From the human T2T-CHM13v2.0 reference genome, Homo sapiens: DNA of 64,000 bases. The stretch is from NCBI RefSeq assembly GCF_009914755.1, contig NC_060926.1; one strand, written 5' to 3'. The notes under the pieces were generated by a model. The model did no database searches. It saw nothing but the letters and a program-made list of their open reading frames with translations, and was not told the DNA's origin. Each line of letters opens with the position of its first letter. Position 1 is the stretch's first letter. Below are positions 1 through 13,689 of the stretch, in pieces. A program made the position numbers and the translations under genes.

Positions 1-796
1 TTTTAACTCCTGTAGAATCATTACCTGGAATAATACTGCTCCATCATGACCACTCAACATGTAATTATTGGATAAACCATTAATATACAGACAGACAAAC
101 AGATAACCTACTCATTTTGCTGGGCAATATGCTATGATGATAATTTTGAAGGCTCCAGAATAGGACCAAACTTTTTCTGTCTCTGGAACTATCTGATGCT
201 GTGCTTTAGTAATTTGAGATTTACAATTTGTATCTGACATACAGCTTCATTTCATGTTTTAAATTTCTGTTTGTCAAAGAATGCTCTAATAAATCTAAAA
301 CTTTTATACAAAATTCTCTTCTGTATAGTTCACAGTATAAATTACGCATAAGATGATTAATTTTTTTCAAGACAGTCTTATCCAGTTCTACCACTGTTAT
401 CTACTACAAGTCATCTCTCAAAATATATCAATCAAAAAATTCATGTTTGGGATGCCTACCAAATTCCTTCCCCAAATAAAATTCTTCTGTTTCCTCCCCA
501 AAGTAAAGTCTCATTGCTGTGAGAGAAAATAAGGAAACATAATCCCCAGATATTTTAGAAATCTTAGAATGGACATTCTCATTCTGCCTTTATTCGTTTC
601 TGTTTTAATTCCTGAATAACATATGCATATTGCTTAGTATGGCACATCCACTTAACAGTATATTTTCTTAATATTCCATCAGGTAGAGTTATTTTTTCAG
701 AAGGAGACCCTTCTCAAGTGGGTCTTGTTGGCATTTTCCTGTTCTTATGAATCCCTGCATGGCTATTGATCCCTTCTTAAGAAAATCTATAACAAC

Positions 797-800
<4 letters not shown>

Positions 801-830
<30 letters not shown>
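801..830. repeat. (CA)15 microsatellite
   Basis: Perfect CA dinucleotide run seen directly. Confidence 0.95.
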
Positions 831-834
<4 letters not shown>

Positions 835-2039
835 ATAACTTGTTAAAAAATATATACACACGTTAAGATTATATTACAAATGAGTAAGGGAACAGCTAAC
901 AAAATTCCTGCTCAAAGGAAGATTTATCCTATTGCAGGGGCTAGGACTTCTTCAACCTGTACACATTCCCATTAGCAAAGTGGGGTTTCATTTTCTCTGA
1001 TAACATCTTCAGGTGCGTGTGTGCGTGTCCTGGGGGTGTGTTCCAGTGGCTTGCCTGCTGCTGGTCACAGGGGATCCTGAGTCTTTGGCTGCTCTTTTGG
1101 TTCCCCGCTATCAGCTTGAATTTTTTGAGAGCAGGGTTCCAGGAGTTGCAGAAAAGGCCAAGAAGGGCTGACCTAGATGAAACATCATCAGTCATAATAA
1201 ATAGCAGATAGAAACAATTTTCACGTTGTTAGATCATCAAAAGTGAAACAGAGAAAGCTGAGGGCTCGCCTGTAACCTTCAATTGTAAATAAGAAAATTA
1301 CTATATTCTATCAAAATGTGTGTTCTTGTTCCGTTGTCTGGACTGACTCTGTCTGCCCAAGTACACCCTTAGTCCAGGTAATGGCTCTATCATGAATGGT
1401 GCCTTTCATATATCTAACATAGAAAAGCTCATTTGGCTTCAAGCACTGTAATACAAATGTTCTAATTTAATGCGTGAGTGGTTTTGATTCGGCCAGTTAT
1501 TATTCATATTGTTGGTTATGGCTATGGCCTCAATGAGTCTTTTGAATCAGTACCTTAGTTATAATACCTCAGGTTTTGATTTCAGTTTGTATAGCTACTC
1601 TTTTCATTCTATTTCCAATAAATATATCTTGACTTTTGTATCTCTTAATTCTGAATGATTCGTATTTTGTCGTTTGAGGTCATCGCTAAAACAGTATCAG
1701 GCATCCACCTGGCTCTCCAACTTGCAGCGATGGTACCTTTCCTTCTTGCACTTAGTTCTCTTGCCAAGAGAGACCACTCCTGGTGCCCATTAAAGTGAAG
1801 CATTTCCCTGTCTCTGGACTTTAATTCACCTGTTACATTGAGTGATCAGGTCTCTCCTGATTACATGAGTCTGATAATCTTTTCAAATTCAGCTCTAAAT
1901 TTAACTTTAACACAGACCTTTGCTTCTTTATTTCATCAGTTGCAAGCAAACTCTTGTTTCTGAATCTGTATCCCTGGCGTATGTTTTGGACTCTCCGGCA
2001 TGGCAGGTCCTATGTTTCTTTCCCCACTACAGTGTTGTT

Positions 2040-2185
2040 TATGTGCTTGGTTTATATCTGCTCCTGTCCTTGAAGGTAACAGCCTTGTCGACTCTTTTAT
2101 CCCACAGGATGACAGTTGAGACTGGTTGAATATAGTAAGTGCTTCACTAATATGTGACATATGAATAAATGAATCAAAGAATTAA
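2040..2185 (+). mobile_element. L2 LINE 3' end fragment
   Basis: Ends in 'tagtaagtgcttcactaata...tgaataaatgaat', the typical L2 3' terminus; boundaries approximate. Confidence 0.5.
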
Positions 2186-2594
2186 AATGAATATGATATA
2201 ATGGCAAGATACATATGACTAGTCCTTAACTTGGGTGACTTGGGACAAATTGTGAATATTTCCATTAAATAGTAATTCCTCCTCTTATAAAATAAGGGGG
2301 ATGGATAGTATTACCTCTTCACTCCACCTCTAATGTTGTGTAATCTGTCCAGTGGGGAGTGGAGGAGAAGTAGTATAGGGAAAATAAGCTTGTTTGGTCA
2401 AATGCTTTGCCTTTCAAAAGAGCATGTGTCTTGGTAATATCATTCTGATGGAGTGAGTCAGGAGAACCAGCTTTGCCCTCAAACTGCAGGAGGTGGTACT
2501 CTGGGTTTCCAGTCTTCTCCCAGCATGGTATAGTAAAATGCATAACCTAGAGAATGTAATTGTTTTTTTCTATGCCATTTTCAACCTGTTTCAT

Positions 2595-2935
2595 TGTGAA
2601 AAAGTTACTTAATCTCTCTGTACCTCATTTCATAAATGGTGAAAGTAAGATAATAATACCAATGAATAGATTTTTAAAAAGGATAGCTAAATTCATGAGC
2701 ATGAGAGTGTTATAGTGTTTACAAACAACAAAGCATCTGGAGCCACACTCCCTGCATGAAGATCAAATTCCTGTGTGACCTTGGGAAAGTTATTTAACCT
2801 CTCTGAGTCTGAGTTTCTGTCAACAACGGGTATTATCACACTTATGTGATAAAACGTTTCCAAGGACTAAAAGTCTTAATAATTAATTGAAAGACTCAGA
2901 ACACATGATTACTTTCAGTAAGTGTTAATTATGTT
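2595..2935 (+). mobile_element. Two MIR SINE fragments
   Basis: MIR core motifs 'aagttacttaatctctctgtacctcattt' and 'tgtgtgaccttgggaaagttatttaacctctctgagtctgagtttc'. Confidence 0.7.
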
Positions 2936-4089
2936 CATTAAGTGCTCAATCATTACTTTATTTCACTTATCAATGTCAAATGGGTGGTAGTTTTGCCCCC
3001 CCATTCAAGGATTATAGAATATGAATCAAGAAAACCCAAATGTTCTTGTACTTCATTGCTATCCTCTACAACATCTTGTTTATTGTACATTAAAATGTCT
3101 TCTGGTTCCCTGGTTGTGGTCCTCTTTCTCCTGACAACCCAGACTCCTTTGCTGTCTCTGATCCATTTAATAGTTTGATTTCACATTGTCTGTCCTAGAC
3201 AATTCTGTTCCCTTCTCCTGTCATACCCTAAGTTTTCTTTCTTGACCTTCAAGATTTTCTTGAAGCCAACAGTAAATTCTAGTTCAGTTTCCAAATCTTA
3301 CCGTGTTTGTCCTGCCTTATTTACCTATATTTTCTTTTGTTGAATTATAGACCCAGCAATCAGGATTTCATGTCCTTTAAGCTGCCAAAGACATCTGGAA
3401 AAAATGCCGTGAATTATGAAATTTATATTTGAAAAATATTTAAGACCTGAAGGCAGCACAAATGCTGTCATAATTATTCAAATCCTGCCTAACATATATG
3501 CAATCACGAGGCTAAATGATGAGGAAAATACGTGGTATTAAAACAAAGGCAGAAGTAGAGCAACTTTTATATGGTGAATATGAGAATCAAACCGAAATTC
3601 AAAAATGTAACTAATACTGACTTCTGTAGTATCAAATGTGTACCTGAAGAAATGGAAATCATATTTGAACCCAAATCTTTCTTAAAATTTTTTATTGATA
3701 GATATCTCATATCTGTACCTATTTGGGGGATACTGACGCATGTATACAATGTGTAAGGATGAAATCAGAGTAATTGGGAGGTGAACCCAAACTTGGAAGT
3801 GAGTATCGCATATGACAGGTGACCACACATTTCACAGTCACAACACTGAGAGCTGTAGCTGATTGTTGAGCTGCTATGCCACACTTGTGCTTTCCATATG
3901 TTGTTTTAGACTTCGTCAATGTAGCTACTAATATTGCCATTATAGAGAGTAATTTAAATGAAATGAGGCACCCTCATTTCATTCAGTTGGGTCTCATCAA
4001 CTAAGCATGCCCAGCATGGCCTTCCATGTCTACTCTATCTCTAATAGCATCTGCTGTCACTGTCTCCATTTCTTCTCCATCATCTTTCT

Positions 4090-4275
4090 TCATTCCACTT
4101 GTTACTGCTTGGCACTGCAATATATCCACACATGTGCATTTACTGTCAATGTCCCCTCTAATACTTAAGTATCATGAGGGTAAGTGCTTTGTCTGTTTGG
4201 CTTATCATTGGAATGCCAAACCACAGAACAGTGCCTACCATGCAGTAGAGGTCCCAAAAATATTTGTGTAATAAA
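4090..4275 (+). mobile_element. L2 LINE 3' end fragment
   Basis: 'agaacagtgcctaccatgcagtagaggtcccaaaaatatttgtg' resembles the L2 3' end. Confidence 0.65.
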
Positions 4276-5959
4276 AAAATATGAAATCAAATACTTTACC
4301 TTACCCAAGAATACACAATTAATAAGAAGAAAAAGCAGGACTTAGACCAAGCTCTGCATTATGTAAAGGGCATTTCCCTCCCCTGTGGCCATGTCACTGC
4401 TTGTATTTCCAACAGTGTTTTCCATCAATAACCTTGACCTCAGAGTGGCCTCACATTTTATTCTATCCAGCCCTCCAGGCCACCTCCAATTCAAAAACAA
4501 AAACAAGAGTAAGGTCTAATCTATCTCCATGGCCAAGGGTATTATCTAAGACACTGTAAAGAGGATGCAGCAGGAGAGGCACTTTTTAACAGAAAATGTG
4601 ATTGATGTATCCCTAACTTACTAATTGCATTTTATAGAGAGAGTTTACACACACCACTTTTCACAGAGCTCTGAGGAAAAAGAGAAGAGAAGGAAAGAAC
4701 ATTAAAAAGAAGAGTATGCCATTCATGTTGACTAATGAAGGCATCTCTATCTTCTGTGACCACCTTTTCATGTGTTCCTTTTTAAGCTGCAATCAATGAA
4801 AAGGACAGACATTCTCGGTATTAATGGACATTTGATTAGGCAGAAGTATGCCTTCCCCATGCTAATGATCAGTAATGCTCCTCTGTATGTGAATTTCATT
4901 GCCCTGAGAAAAATACGTCTTTCATTTGCATGATTTAAAAACCCCTCCCAATCATCTAACATTAATTCAGCTAAATATTTTTAACTCAAAAGACAGTTCA
5001 ATACAATAGTGCGTATCTTTTCCCAAAATTGCTTTGAATTTTCAATTGTGATACCTTGAAAATTGGGATCTCTATTAACTTTGATGATGACATTGACTTT
5101 AACAGTAAAAGAATTTCTACCCCCATCTCATCGCTTTCTATTCTGAGCCTATTCTCAAGATTGCTCACACCTAAGCCCAGTTGGAACCCAGGTGCCATTT
5201 CTGTTACTTAACTAGCAGCTGTGTCTTTTAAATCACTGCCCCTCCGTTGAAGATGGGACATTTTAAATACGTTTTTCAATAAAAAGGATATGTCTAGCAG
5301 CTGTATAGGAGCTGATCTCATCCCTTCTCTTTTATCTCATATAACACTCACCACAGACTAACATAATGGTCCTCATCCATGAGAATTTGTAATTCATGCT
5401 AACCAAAGAAAAGGCAAATTCAATGAAAGAAACAATCCTTTAAAATGTTATTTATTTCCCTTCTTTCACATATGAAACACTGAAATTCCATGGCCAGTTG
5501 TTATAAAATAAGGCATAGGAAATGAAGTAAAACAGTTCTTAAATTTGAAAAAAATACATTGTCCCACAAAACAAAATAGGTAAGGATATAAACTGTTAGT
5601 AACCTTCTGTTTATTCTTCACAGTGAAATTTTAGAGAAAAATAGAATCTTGCACATGTTGCAGATTGGTACTCTTTTTTTCTGAATTAACTTCAAATACT
5701 TTAATATGTTCAGGTTCAAACTCAGAGAAGGGAATGTAGTCCTTCTGTTAGAAACTGAACTCTCTGTTTTCAGTAAGTGGTAAATTCTTGCTTCTTTAAT
5801 AATCGCTCTCTGGAAAGCTAAGATCAGAAAAACTGAATATTTGCTCTATTTTTATGTTTACTATGCAAGGTTATCATTTTCTTTTTGAAGTTTGCATCTT
5901 ATCCCTTGAATTTGCTGTGTCTGTGAGTTAATTGTAAGAGATGGATCTATAACTGTGTA

Positions 5960-6420
5960 CATTTATTAATGTATTCAGTATGTTCTTTTGTCCTATGCTG
6001 GATAATGTTGAACACACAAGGGTGAGTAGCTTACAATCATACAGGGAATGATTACATAAATAATACAAATAACACAAGACATCATGGTGTTTGGATCAAG
6101 TAGAAGTCCAGATTTATGGCTATGAAATTCCAAGGATAAACTGACTAATTCTCTCTTGGAGATGTTGAAAAGATTTCCGGGAGGAAAGAAGTGTTGGCTG
6201 AGCCTTCCTTTGCTGGGCTGAAGCAGGCCTTGTAGAGGAGGGTGGGCATTATAGAAGAGTTGTGCTAGGCTCTGAGTTGGAGAAGTGTGGAGAACATTGA
6301 TAGAGGAATACGCACTAGTACTCCTTGTAGCTGTGGAATGGAATGATCATCAGAGATTAGTGGCAGAGAGTTTATAATGGGAATCTGGGATTGGATCATG
6401 GAGAACCATGTAATTTAGGA
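5960..6420 (-). mobile_element. Degraded L2 fragment
   Basis: Begins 'atttattaatgtattc...gtcctatgctgga', followed by purine-rich sequence typical of antisense L2. Confidence 0.45.
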
Positions 6421-6549
6421 CAGCCTCTCAAAATTATAAATATGTGAAGAACTTAGATCGCATGACAAACAAAAATTATTTTGAGAGCAAATGATAACAT
6501 GATTATTTTATTTTTATCTTAAACCCACCATTTATTTAGTACTACATAA

Positions 6550-6775
6550 CAATGCTATCTAACACAGAGCACTTATCATGTACAAAGAATTCCATATATA
6601 TGATTCTATTTAATTCTTACAATAACCTTGTGTGCTAGATAGTGTCATTGCTATTTTAAAGAGAAGAAATTAAGACCCAGGGAATAAAAGTTCTTCCCTA
6701 AGATCACAAGTCTTATGGTGGCAAAGCCAGTACAAGACCTGGGCTGGCTAACATAACGCTTACCTCTAACTGTGC
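6550..6775 (-). mobile_element. MIR SINE
   Basis: 'atttaattcttacaataaccttgtg...attttaaagagaagaaattaagacccag...aagatcaca' is the antisense MIR core. Confidence 0.75.
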
Positions 6776-7429
6776 TAGGACCCATAGTAGAAAGGCCTGT
6801 GAGTCAGGTATTTTCAACAAAAGAAGTTGCACCTTTAGAAATAGTTCATTTAAATGAGATAAACAAGGAAGGTAGGACAAATAGAAAATGTTTAATTATT
6901 ACACGCATCTTACTACTAACTTTAGAGACTTCTTTCCCCAAGACCTTTGCATCAAAGGGACATCATTGAATGACTTCCCAGAGGTTCAGAAGAGACAACA
7001 TCAATGACAAAGAACCAATGGGAATACTACAGAAACAGTCATCATTTTATGGGTTATCTAAATGACACCTACACAAAGAAAAAAAGTGTTTTCATAGAAG
7101 GATAGTTTTTTTTCACTTCCACAAATATTTTTACGCATAGCAGCTATTTTTATACATATCAAGCAAACAGAGGATAAAATCCTTCTTTTGGGCTAAAAAG
7201 CATTAAATGCTTTGCTCAGAACTCACTGGTAAATAATTGTCTGGGAATGATTTCTGGGAAAAGCTACATTTCATGGAAGCTGCAATTATGAATTCAACAA
7301 AGTTATGTGGGATGGAGGTGGAAACACCTCCTCTTACAGTCTGGGCTCCACTTTACCTGCTCTGAGTCTAATGCTCCCCTTGGCTATGCTCTCATTTCTT
7401 TGCTTTCTTTTTTTTTTTTTTTTAACTTT

Positions 7430-7865
7430 TACTTTGTAAACATTGCATCTTTTAAAACGCTAGGAATCCAAAAACTAACACAGCATTCAAAGTGAAATTA
7501 AATCAGTGGTTTATATAGCATAATGTCATAATATTTTCCATACTATTTTCCCTTGCCTTATTAATATAACCATCAGTCTATTAGCTTTAACTGCTCTGAA
7601 GACTGAGCAGATGTCTTCAATGAATACTCCATCCATAATTACCCCTTATTTTTTCCCTGAGAAGTTCAGCTAATTCAGATCTTACCAATGTATATGAAAA
7701 GTTTAAATGATTTCTACCCAAATGCATTACCTTTTTCTTATCTACATTAAATTCCATCTGTCATTATGTTGCACAGTCTCACACTTTGATTAGATCCTTC
7801 TGGAGTTTTTAACAATCCTTGCTAGTTTTTTACTAACTTAAATAATCTCATGGCATTTTATAGAA
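7430..7865 (-). mobile_element. Ancient CR1/L3-type LINE, reverse-transcriptase region fragment
   Basis: Minus-strand 7760->7710 translates QMEFNVDKKKVMHLGRN, matching the CR1 ORF2 motif WQMxFNxxKCKVMHLG. Confidence 0.75.
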
Positions 7866-8549
7866 GAACTTTTTAACAGTTACGACTTTTTGCCAGCCTT
7901 GCCTTTGTAGGGATTTGCTGTTAGTATTGTGTATGCATACAAACGTGTTAAGTGTGATGGTTCAGCAATGAAAAAACACAGACACTTAAAAATAAAAACA
8001 TACAATAGAAACAAAATCAAGTCTGGAAGCCTTTTACTGCCTTTTTGTGCAGTGTTAACATATATGTGTTTCTGAAATGATACTGATTAATTGCCACTAG
8101 AGGAAATAGGAGAATTCATTGACAGTTGTATTTTCCACCAAATATTGTATCTGAACATCCTATTATCTATGATTTCCCAATCAATGGAAACAATTTTAAT
8201 TGAAAAAAAAGTTCTCTTGACCTTCATTCTTCAAAGATGTTTTAAATAAAATTATATGTCATTATATTATTTTCCACCAAATGGAATCACCTGTCTGATT
8301 TTCAAAGCACAAATTCATTCTGAGACTATTAAGAACTCCTAAGTAAGCTTTTCCAGGAACAAGGGTAATTGTTTGCTTACAGTTTCTTCTAGCCAAAGGT
8401 AGAAGTAGAAAGTTATCTACTTGATTTAGTTTCAACTTAAGGATTACTTTTCCTCTTCCCCAACAAGGATGATCAAATCCAAACCAAGTTCTTGAATTTG
8501 GAAAGGACTAAAGGTCGTTGTTTTAACCTTCAACTCAATGGAGGCATCT

Positions 8550-8670
8550 CTTCTATTCATTCATTTACTCAAGAAATAGTAAATGAGAACCAAATCTCTG
8601 TTAGGACTGGGAATATTACCATGAACAAAACAGACATGGTCAGTGACCTTTGGAATCATTCTAGACTAGT
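8550..8670 (-). mobile_element. L2 3' end fragment
   Basis: 'attcattcatttactcaagaaata...ggactgggaatattaccatgaacaaaacagacatggtc' is the antisense L2 terminus. Confidence 0.6.
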
Positions 8671-8734
8671 GACCATATCACTGGGCTGGAATCCTCCCAC
8701 TCCTAGGGAATAGTTAAATATAATGTATATGGGG

Positions 8735-8945
8735 ATAATTATCTCAGGCATTATGTTAAGTAATTTGCCTATATTACCTAGTTTATCATTTATTAATTTT
8801 CTACACAGGTACTCACTCTCCTTTTAAGGATGAAGAAATTGAAATTTAGAAAGACTAATGGTCATGCCCAATGTAATGCAGTCAGCAAATGAATGAACTA
8901 AAACTGAAATTCAGGTATATCTCATTCCAAACCCCTTACTTGCAG
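8735..8945 (-). mobile_element. MIR SINE
   Basis: 'ttttaaggatgaagaaattgaaatttagaaagactaatggtcatgcccaa' is a degraded antisense MIR core. Confidence 0.6.
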
Positions 8946-9216
8946 TCATCTGTTCCCTGTGGATCCTAAAAATTGCTAGAATTCTACCTTACATTAATCT
9001 CCAATCGCATTCTTGGAAAATTTGATCTATAGCTTATGGCTCTATCATATGAAATTTAAAAATTTTTTTGTTTCATATAGAAATGTCTTAAACCATTGAA
9101 GACAGTTATCAAGTTCATTGTATTTTTCTCCCTCAAAACTTAACTTCCACACAAACCAGTAGTTACAGATCTCTTAGAATTCTATTTTGTGGATTTACAT
9201 TTTTTTTTTACTATTC

Positions 9217-9545
<329 letters not shown>

Positions 9546-12500
9546 TAGAGATATGTATACACTTAGTAGTTTATTATCTCATTTGAGGTGCACAAAACCA
9601 TGGAGTTACATATTAATCTTTCATTGAAGAAACCAGGCCTTGGTGAAATTCAGCTTAGTCAGGCAACACAGCAAGTAAGGGGCTGACAAGGATGGCAAAC
9701 CAGTTCTTCTGGAGTCTGCCAGATCAACTGTAAAATTAATAATTTCTTATTGATTTAAATTACCATTGTTTATTGATCGGTATTTAAACATTAAACAAAA
9801 TTAAAATAATTTACAATAAAAATGAGTATTTACTTTATTTGAAAACATGCAACTCACCTGTAGTTTTGTTTATAGGCATTCTATCCTCCTTTGAGAATAC
9901 TCCTCGGTTGCCTAACGTCTTAAATCCAAAGGAGTACAAGAATATTCTGTTTTCACATAAAGCCAAGTTCAAATGCAAGCTTGGCACACCTTTGGGAGCA
10001 ATATACTCAAAGTTGCCTCATGGGGAGAGAGGACGAGAGGGAAGTACAGAGAATACAGCCTTGGGATAAAACAAGAAGAGGGAGAGGCGATGTCAATGGC
10101 ATCACAAGGTTTGAGAGCTTTACATACACACACAAAGGAGATACTGTTCCTAGGGAACACGGCCCTACTGACACCCAGGGTGTGTGTGCCCGTGCAGAAG
10201 AGTGTGTATGTGCTCCTTCTACAAGAGTTGGGTACATTTTGTTAATCTTCAAGCACTGCTCTGTGCTGTGTAGAAGGAGGATACAACTAGCGTAAGGCCC
10301 TCTTCTTTAAATAATTCACATCTCTATTAGGCTCACATATATAATAATGTATGTGTACATGTACATAAATATGCATAAATATATATATTCACACCTATTT
10401 AATTATTTATGTTTGGGTAAGTAAGGTCATTCCTGGAAGAATTCTTTCTTCTCATGTTCTGGGAAACAGCTTTACCCACCCTGTAGCACCTGGCGTCTCC
10501 AGAGCACCAATCACAATAATGACCATGATTCGTTGCATTGCAGAAATGCTTCAAGTCACAGACATACGCTTGGAAGGAGTTGGTACAAGAGCGTGCTTTT
10601 ATGAGATTTTTTTTTTCAGGGTCTTCTCACAGCAAGCACTTCAGACAAGCAAATTATTTTGATTGATATTCCTTGTTGCTATTATAACGTGCAGGTCATT
10701 ATAACCTTTAAGAAATCTATGTGGGAGCTCAGGTAGACCAAACAATAAATAAAGCCTTTCGTTCAATGCTAGGATTAGCGTCTACCCTATCCAGGCTTCA
10801 AGTGAGAAATAAGGAAAACCCATTGAGAAAAGAGATCTCCTTGCACCTTGACATCTTCCCATGGCTCCAGTAATGAGCTGGAGAATGAACTTTCAATATT
10901 TGTGCCACCATTAACCCTTCTCAAGATCAGAAGAGGAAGCCTGCAGTCTAACAGGACTGTTGTCATCAACTGGTGCATGTAACTTCTGCATATCTTAATA
11001 AAAATATATCTAAAATTTAAATTGCATTATGGTTAATGAAATTTTAAAAAGCAGTTGGTTGGTTACCGAGGGATGTGTTCGCTTTTGTTTTCTGAAAGTG
11101 CTAGCTTTTCTGGAAGGTTTTCTTAAGTATCTGTGGTATTTGCATGTTTGTGAACCTTGGTGGGGTCAGTGACTTCTCTTGCATGCTTCTCCTTGGTAGC
11201 TTTTCATTTTTATCTAGGCCTGGTCACAAATCTGTTACTGAAAAAAATCACTTAGATACTTTGCTAAGATGAGTATAACACATTCCCCAAAGTGTTTCTC
11301 AAGACATGCTTAAACGAGCCCCTGCCTACCTACTGTATCTTGCTGCAGAATATGACAGAGATTGTTTACAATACCTTCCTAGAAGCCAACTCATAACATT
11401 TTAATTTAATGGGATACATACTCATGTTTCAATTAAAAGCAAAATTATTATGTTCCTTAGTTTGTGTGAGTTTTTTGATAGCATAGTACATTTATATGGT
11501 AATTTTCCAAAGATCAACTTTATTTATCGGTAAGAAGCTATTCCAAGATTGTTGTATATTTTCTTTGCTTCTGAAATGTTATCACACTTAATTGCCTGAT
11601 CTTATTTGGGTTGCAATCATAGTCATTAATTAGTAGGAAGGTGAGGGACAGCATCATATCTAACTATCTGTTATGGCTGCTTTAATGAGGGAAATACCTG
11701 CCATCATTTTAAAGGCATCTTGTATACTTTACAAATACAGCTTGCTGTAGCATTCTCATTTAGGCTGTGAACATCAAAGGAAATTGATGTCAGGTGTGAA
11801 CAGAAGCTGTTGAATATATCTGCATGCAGAGGAAACTGAGTGGTGTGTCTGGATAGGAGAGATGAAGGGCAGCTTATAACATTAACAATACTACAAGTAA
11901 TTAGTGTAAACTTTCGATGGCTGGTATGACTCAAGAATAAAAAATATTATTTATATCTTTATCCTGTAACACTGCAAAGTTCAACATATGTTCGTTGTTT
12001 TCATTTCTACCTCTATAAGAAGGCAGAAAATAAAATTGAATAATGAAAATTCATTTTTTCATCATATATCTTTATATGTTATAGAGAAAACATGGTTCAG
12101 AATCAAAAGAAAACTGTTTTATAATTATAATCAAAATAGCAATTTAGAAGTTTTAAGTACCTTCCTTGCTTCCTGGTATATTGTTGAATTCAAAGAAACA
12201 AATGGAAAAGTGAATGATTGACTACTAAAATAAATGGCTTTGATAAGTGTTTCTTTTAGCACAAAAAGTAAATATTTTTAATTTGTAATATTTTTGAATG
12301 AATTTTTTATAAACTAAACTTAGATATAGTGCATGTGTAATGCAATGTGCTAGAATAATATTTACATTCCAAAAAGGGTGTTACCATACATTATACCACA
12401 AAAAGCTTCCTTAAGTAACATCAAACTGTAGACGTACCTGGTAGACTGCAGCAGTTCCCAAGAATTGTATGTGACACTTCCTACCCCCATTAGTAAAATC

Positions 12501-13112
12501 ATCATTTCTGGACTGATCATTGACAACAACATAACTGATAATAGCAAGGTGCTTTCCTTGGCTTTGAAAGGGTAGATTTCAATTCCTAACCCATCTCTTT
12601 AATGTTCTGTTTTTCCTTATCCCTCACCTTGCTTCCACAAAAGGCACTGCTGAGGAGAGCAGATGTTCTCCAGAAATCAGCTTCTGCTTAATATTCAGCC
12701 AAAAGGGGGGTTCCTCTGTGCTTGATACTACAATTTTTTCCTACTGTGAATAAATGATTTTAGTCATCATGTTTATGATATATGACTACTGTTTACTTAC
12801 ACATACTGGTCACTTATTTGTAGATTTGGTTGATTAGATCCAGTTTTCTCAGTGATTATTGATTGCATTCAGAACAGCTTCTGTTTCCCTATGAACAGAT
12901 CAATAGAACTGACAAGCCTCAGTTTCACTTAAGATTATTGCAATTCCATGTACTAAACCCTTCAACACTTACTTATAGGATTATCCAACTTACCTATTTC
13001 ACTATCCTTTTGTGGAATAATATTTTTGGTGTCCATCTTCCTAAAATCTCTATATTTTATAATTGTGTAAGATAATTCTCACAACTTCATATGATCCAAA
13101 GTAGTCTAAGTT

Positions 13113-13288
13113 TGCACTGCTTGATATAGTGAATAGCCTCTACACACATGTAGCGACTTAAATTAGTTAAAATTAAATTTATTTAAGAATTAGTTCATCA
13201 GTTGCACAAGCCACATTTCAAGTGCTCAGTGGAAGTACATTTTACAGAACATTCCCATCATTTCGGGAAGCTCTTTTGGACAGTTTAG
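13113..13288 (-). mobile_element. MER3 (hAT-Charlie) non-autonomous DNA transposon
   Basis: 'gccacatttcaagtgctca' and 'agaacattcccatcatttcgggaagctcttttggacag' match the reverse complement of MER3. Confidence 0.75.
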
Positions 13289-13689
13289 TCATGGTTTATG
13301 TGTTACAGTCCTACATCATCTTGCTAAGACAGCTACTTCAATCACAAATAACTTGCTAAGACATAAAACTTGCCAAAGTAGGAGATTCAGCCCACTTACC
13401 TACATAACGCTCTGGTGACTTTGAAGTATAACACTTTGAGAGAAGCAGCCGTTTTTATTTTTTTCCTTTTCATTTTTATAAAATGAGATAAGATCTTTCA
13501 AATGAGAAATGCTTCATCTAGCCTGAAGTAATAATTAAGTATATGTATATATTTTCAGTTAGCAGGACATTTTATACAAGACCTGGTCTATACCAACTTC
13601 AGAAGAAGATCAATTCTCCAACTTAGATTTGTTTCTGTTAGCCTGAGTTCTTTGTAGCTCTCTGGCAACTGCCTACTGGGTTTCCAACT

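Noticed and set aside
938-1012. Plus-strand 75-bp segment with a good acceptor (cctattgcag) and donor (CAG|GTGCGT)
   Set aside because: Stops in all three frames and no supporting partner exons, so it cannot be called a coding exon.
9839-10295. Cluster of overlapping ORFs of up to 104 aa
   Set aside because: No recognisable domain; open frames on both strands reflect locally higher GC and (GT)n content.
10620-10753. Strong plus-strand acceptor (T11-CAG) followed by an open frame and AATAAA
   Set aside because: The poly-T run makes the acceptor a likely chance match; peptide unrecognised; no other support.
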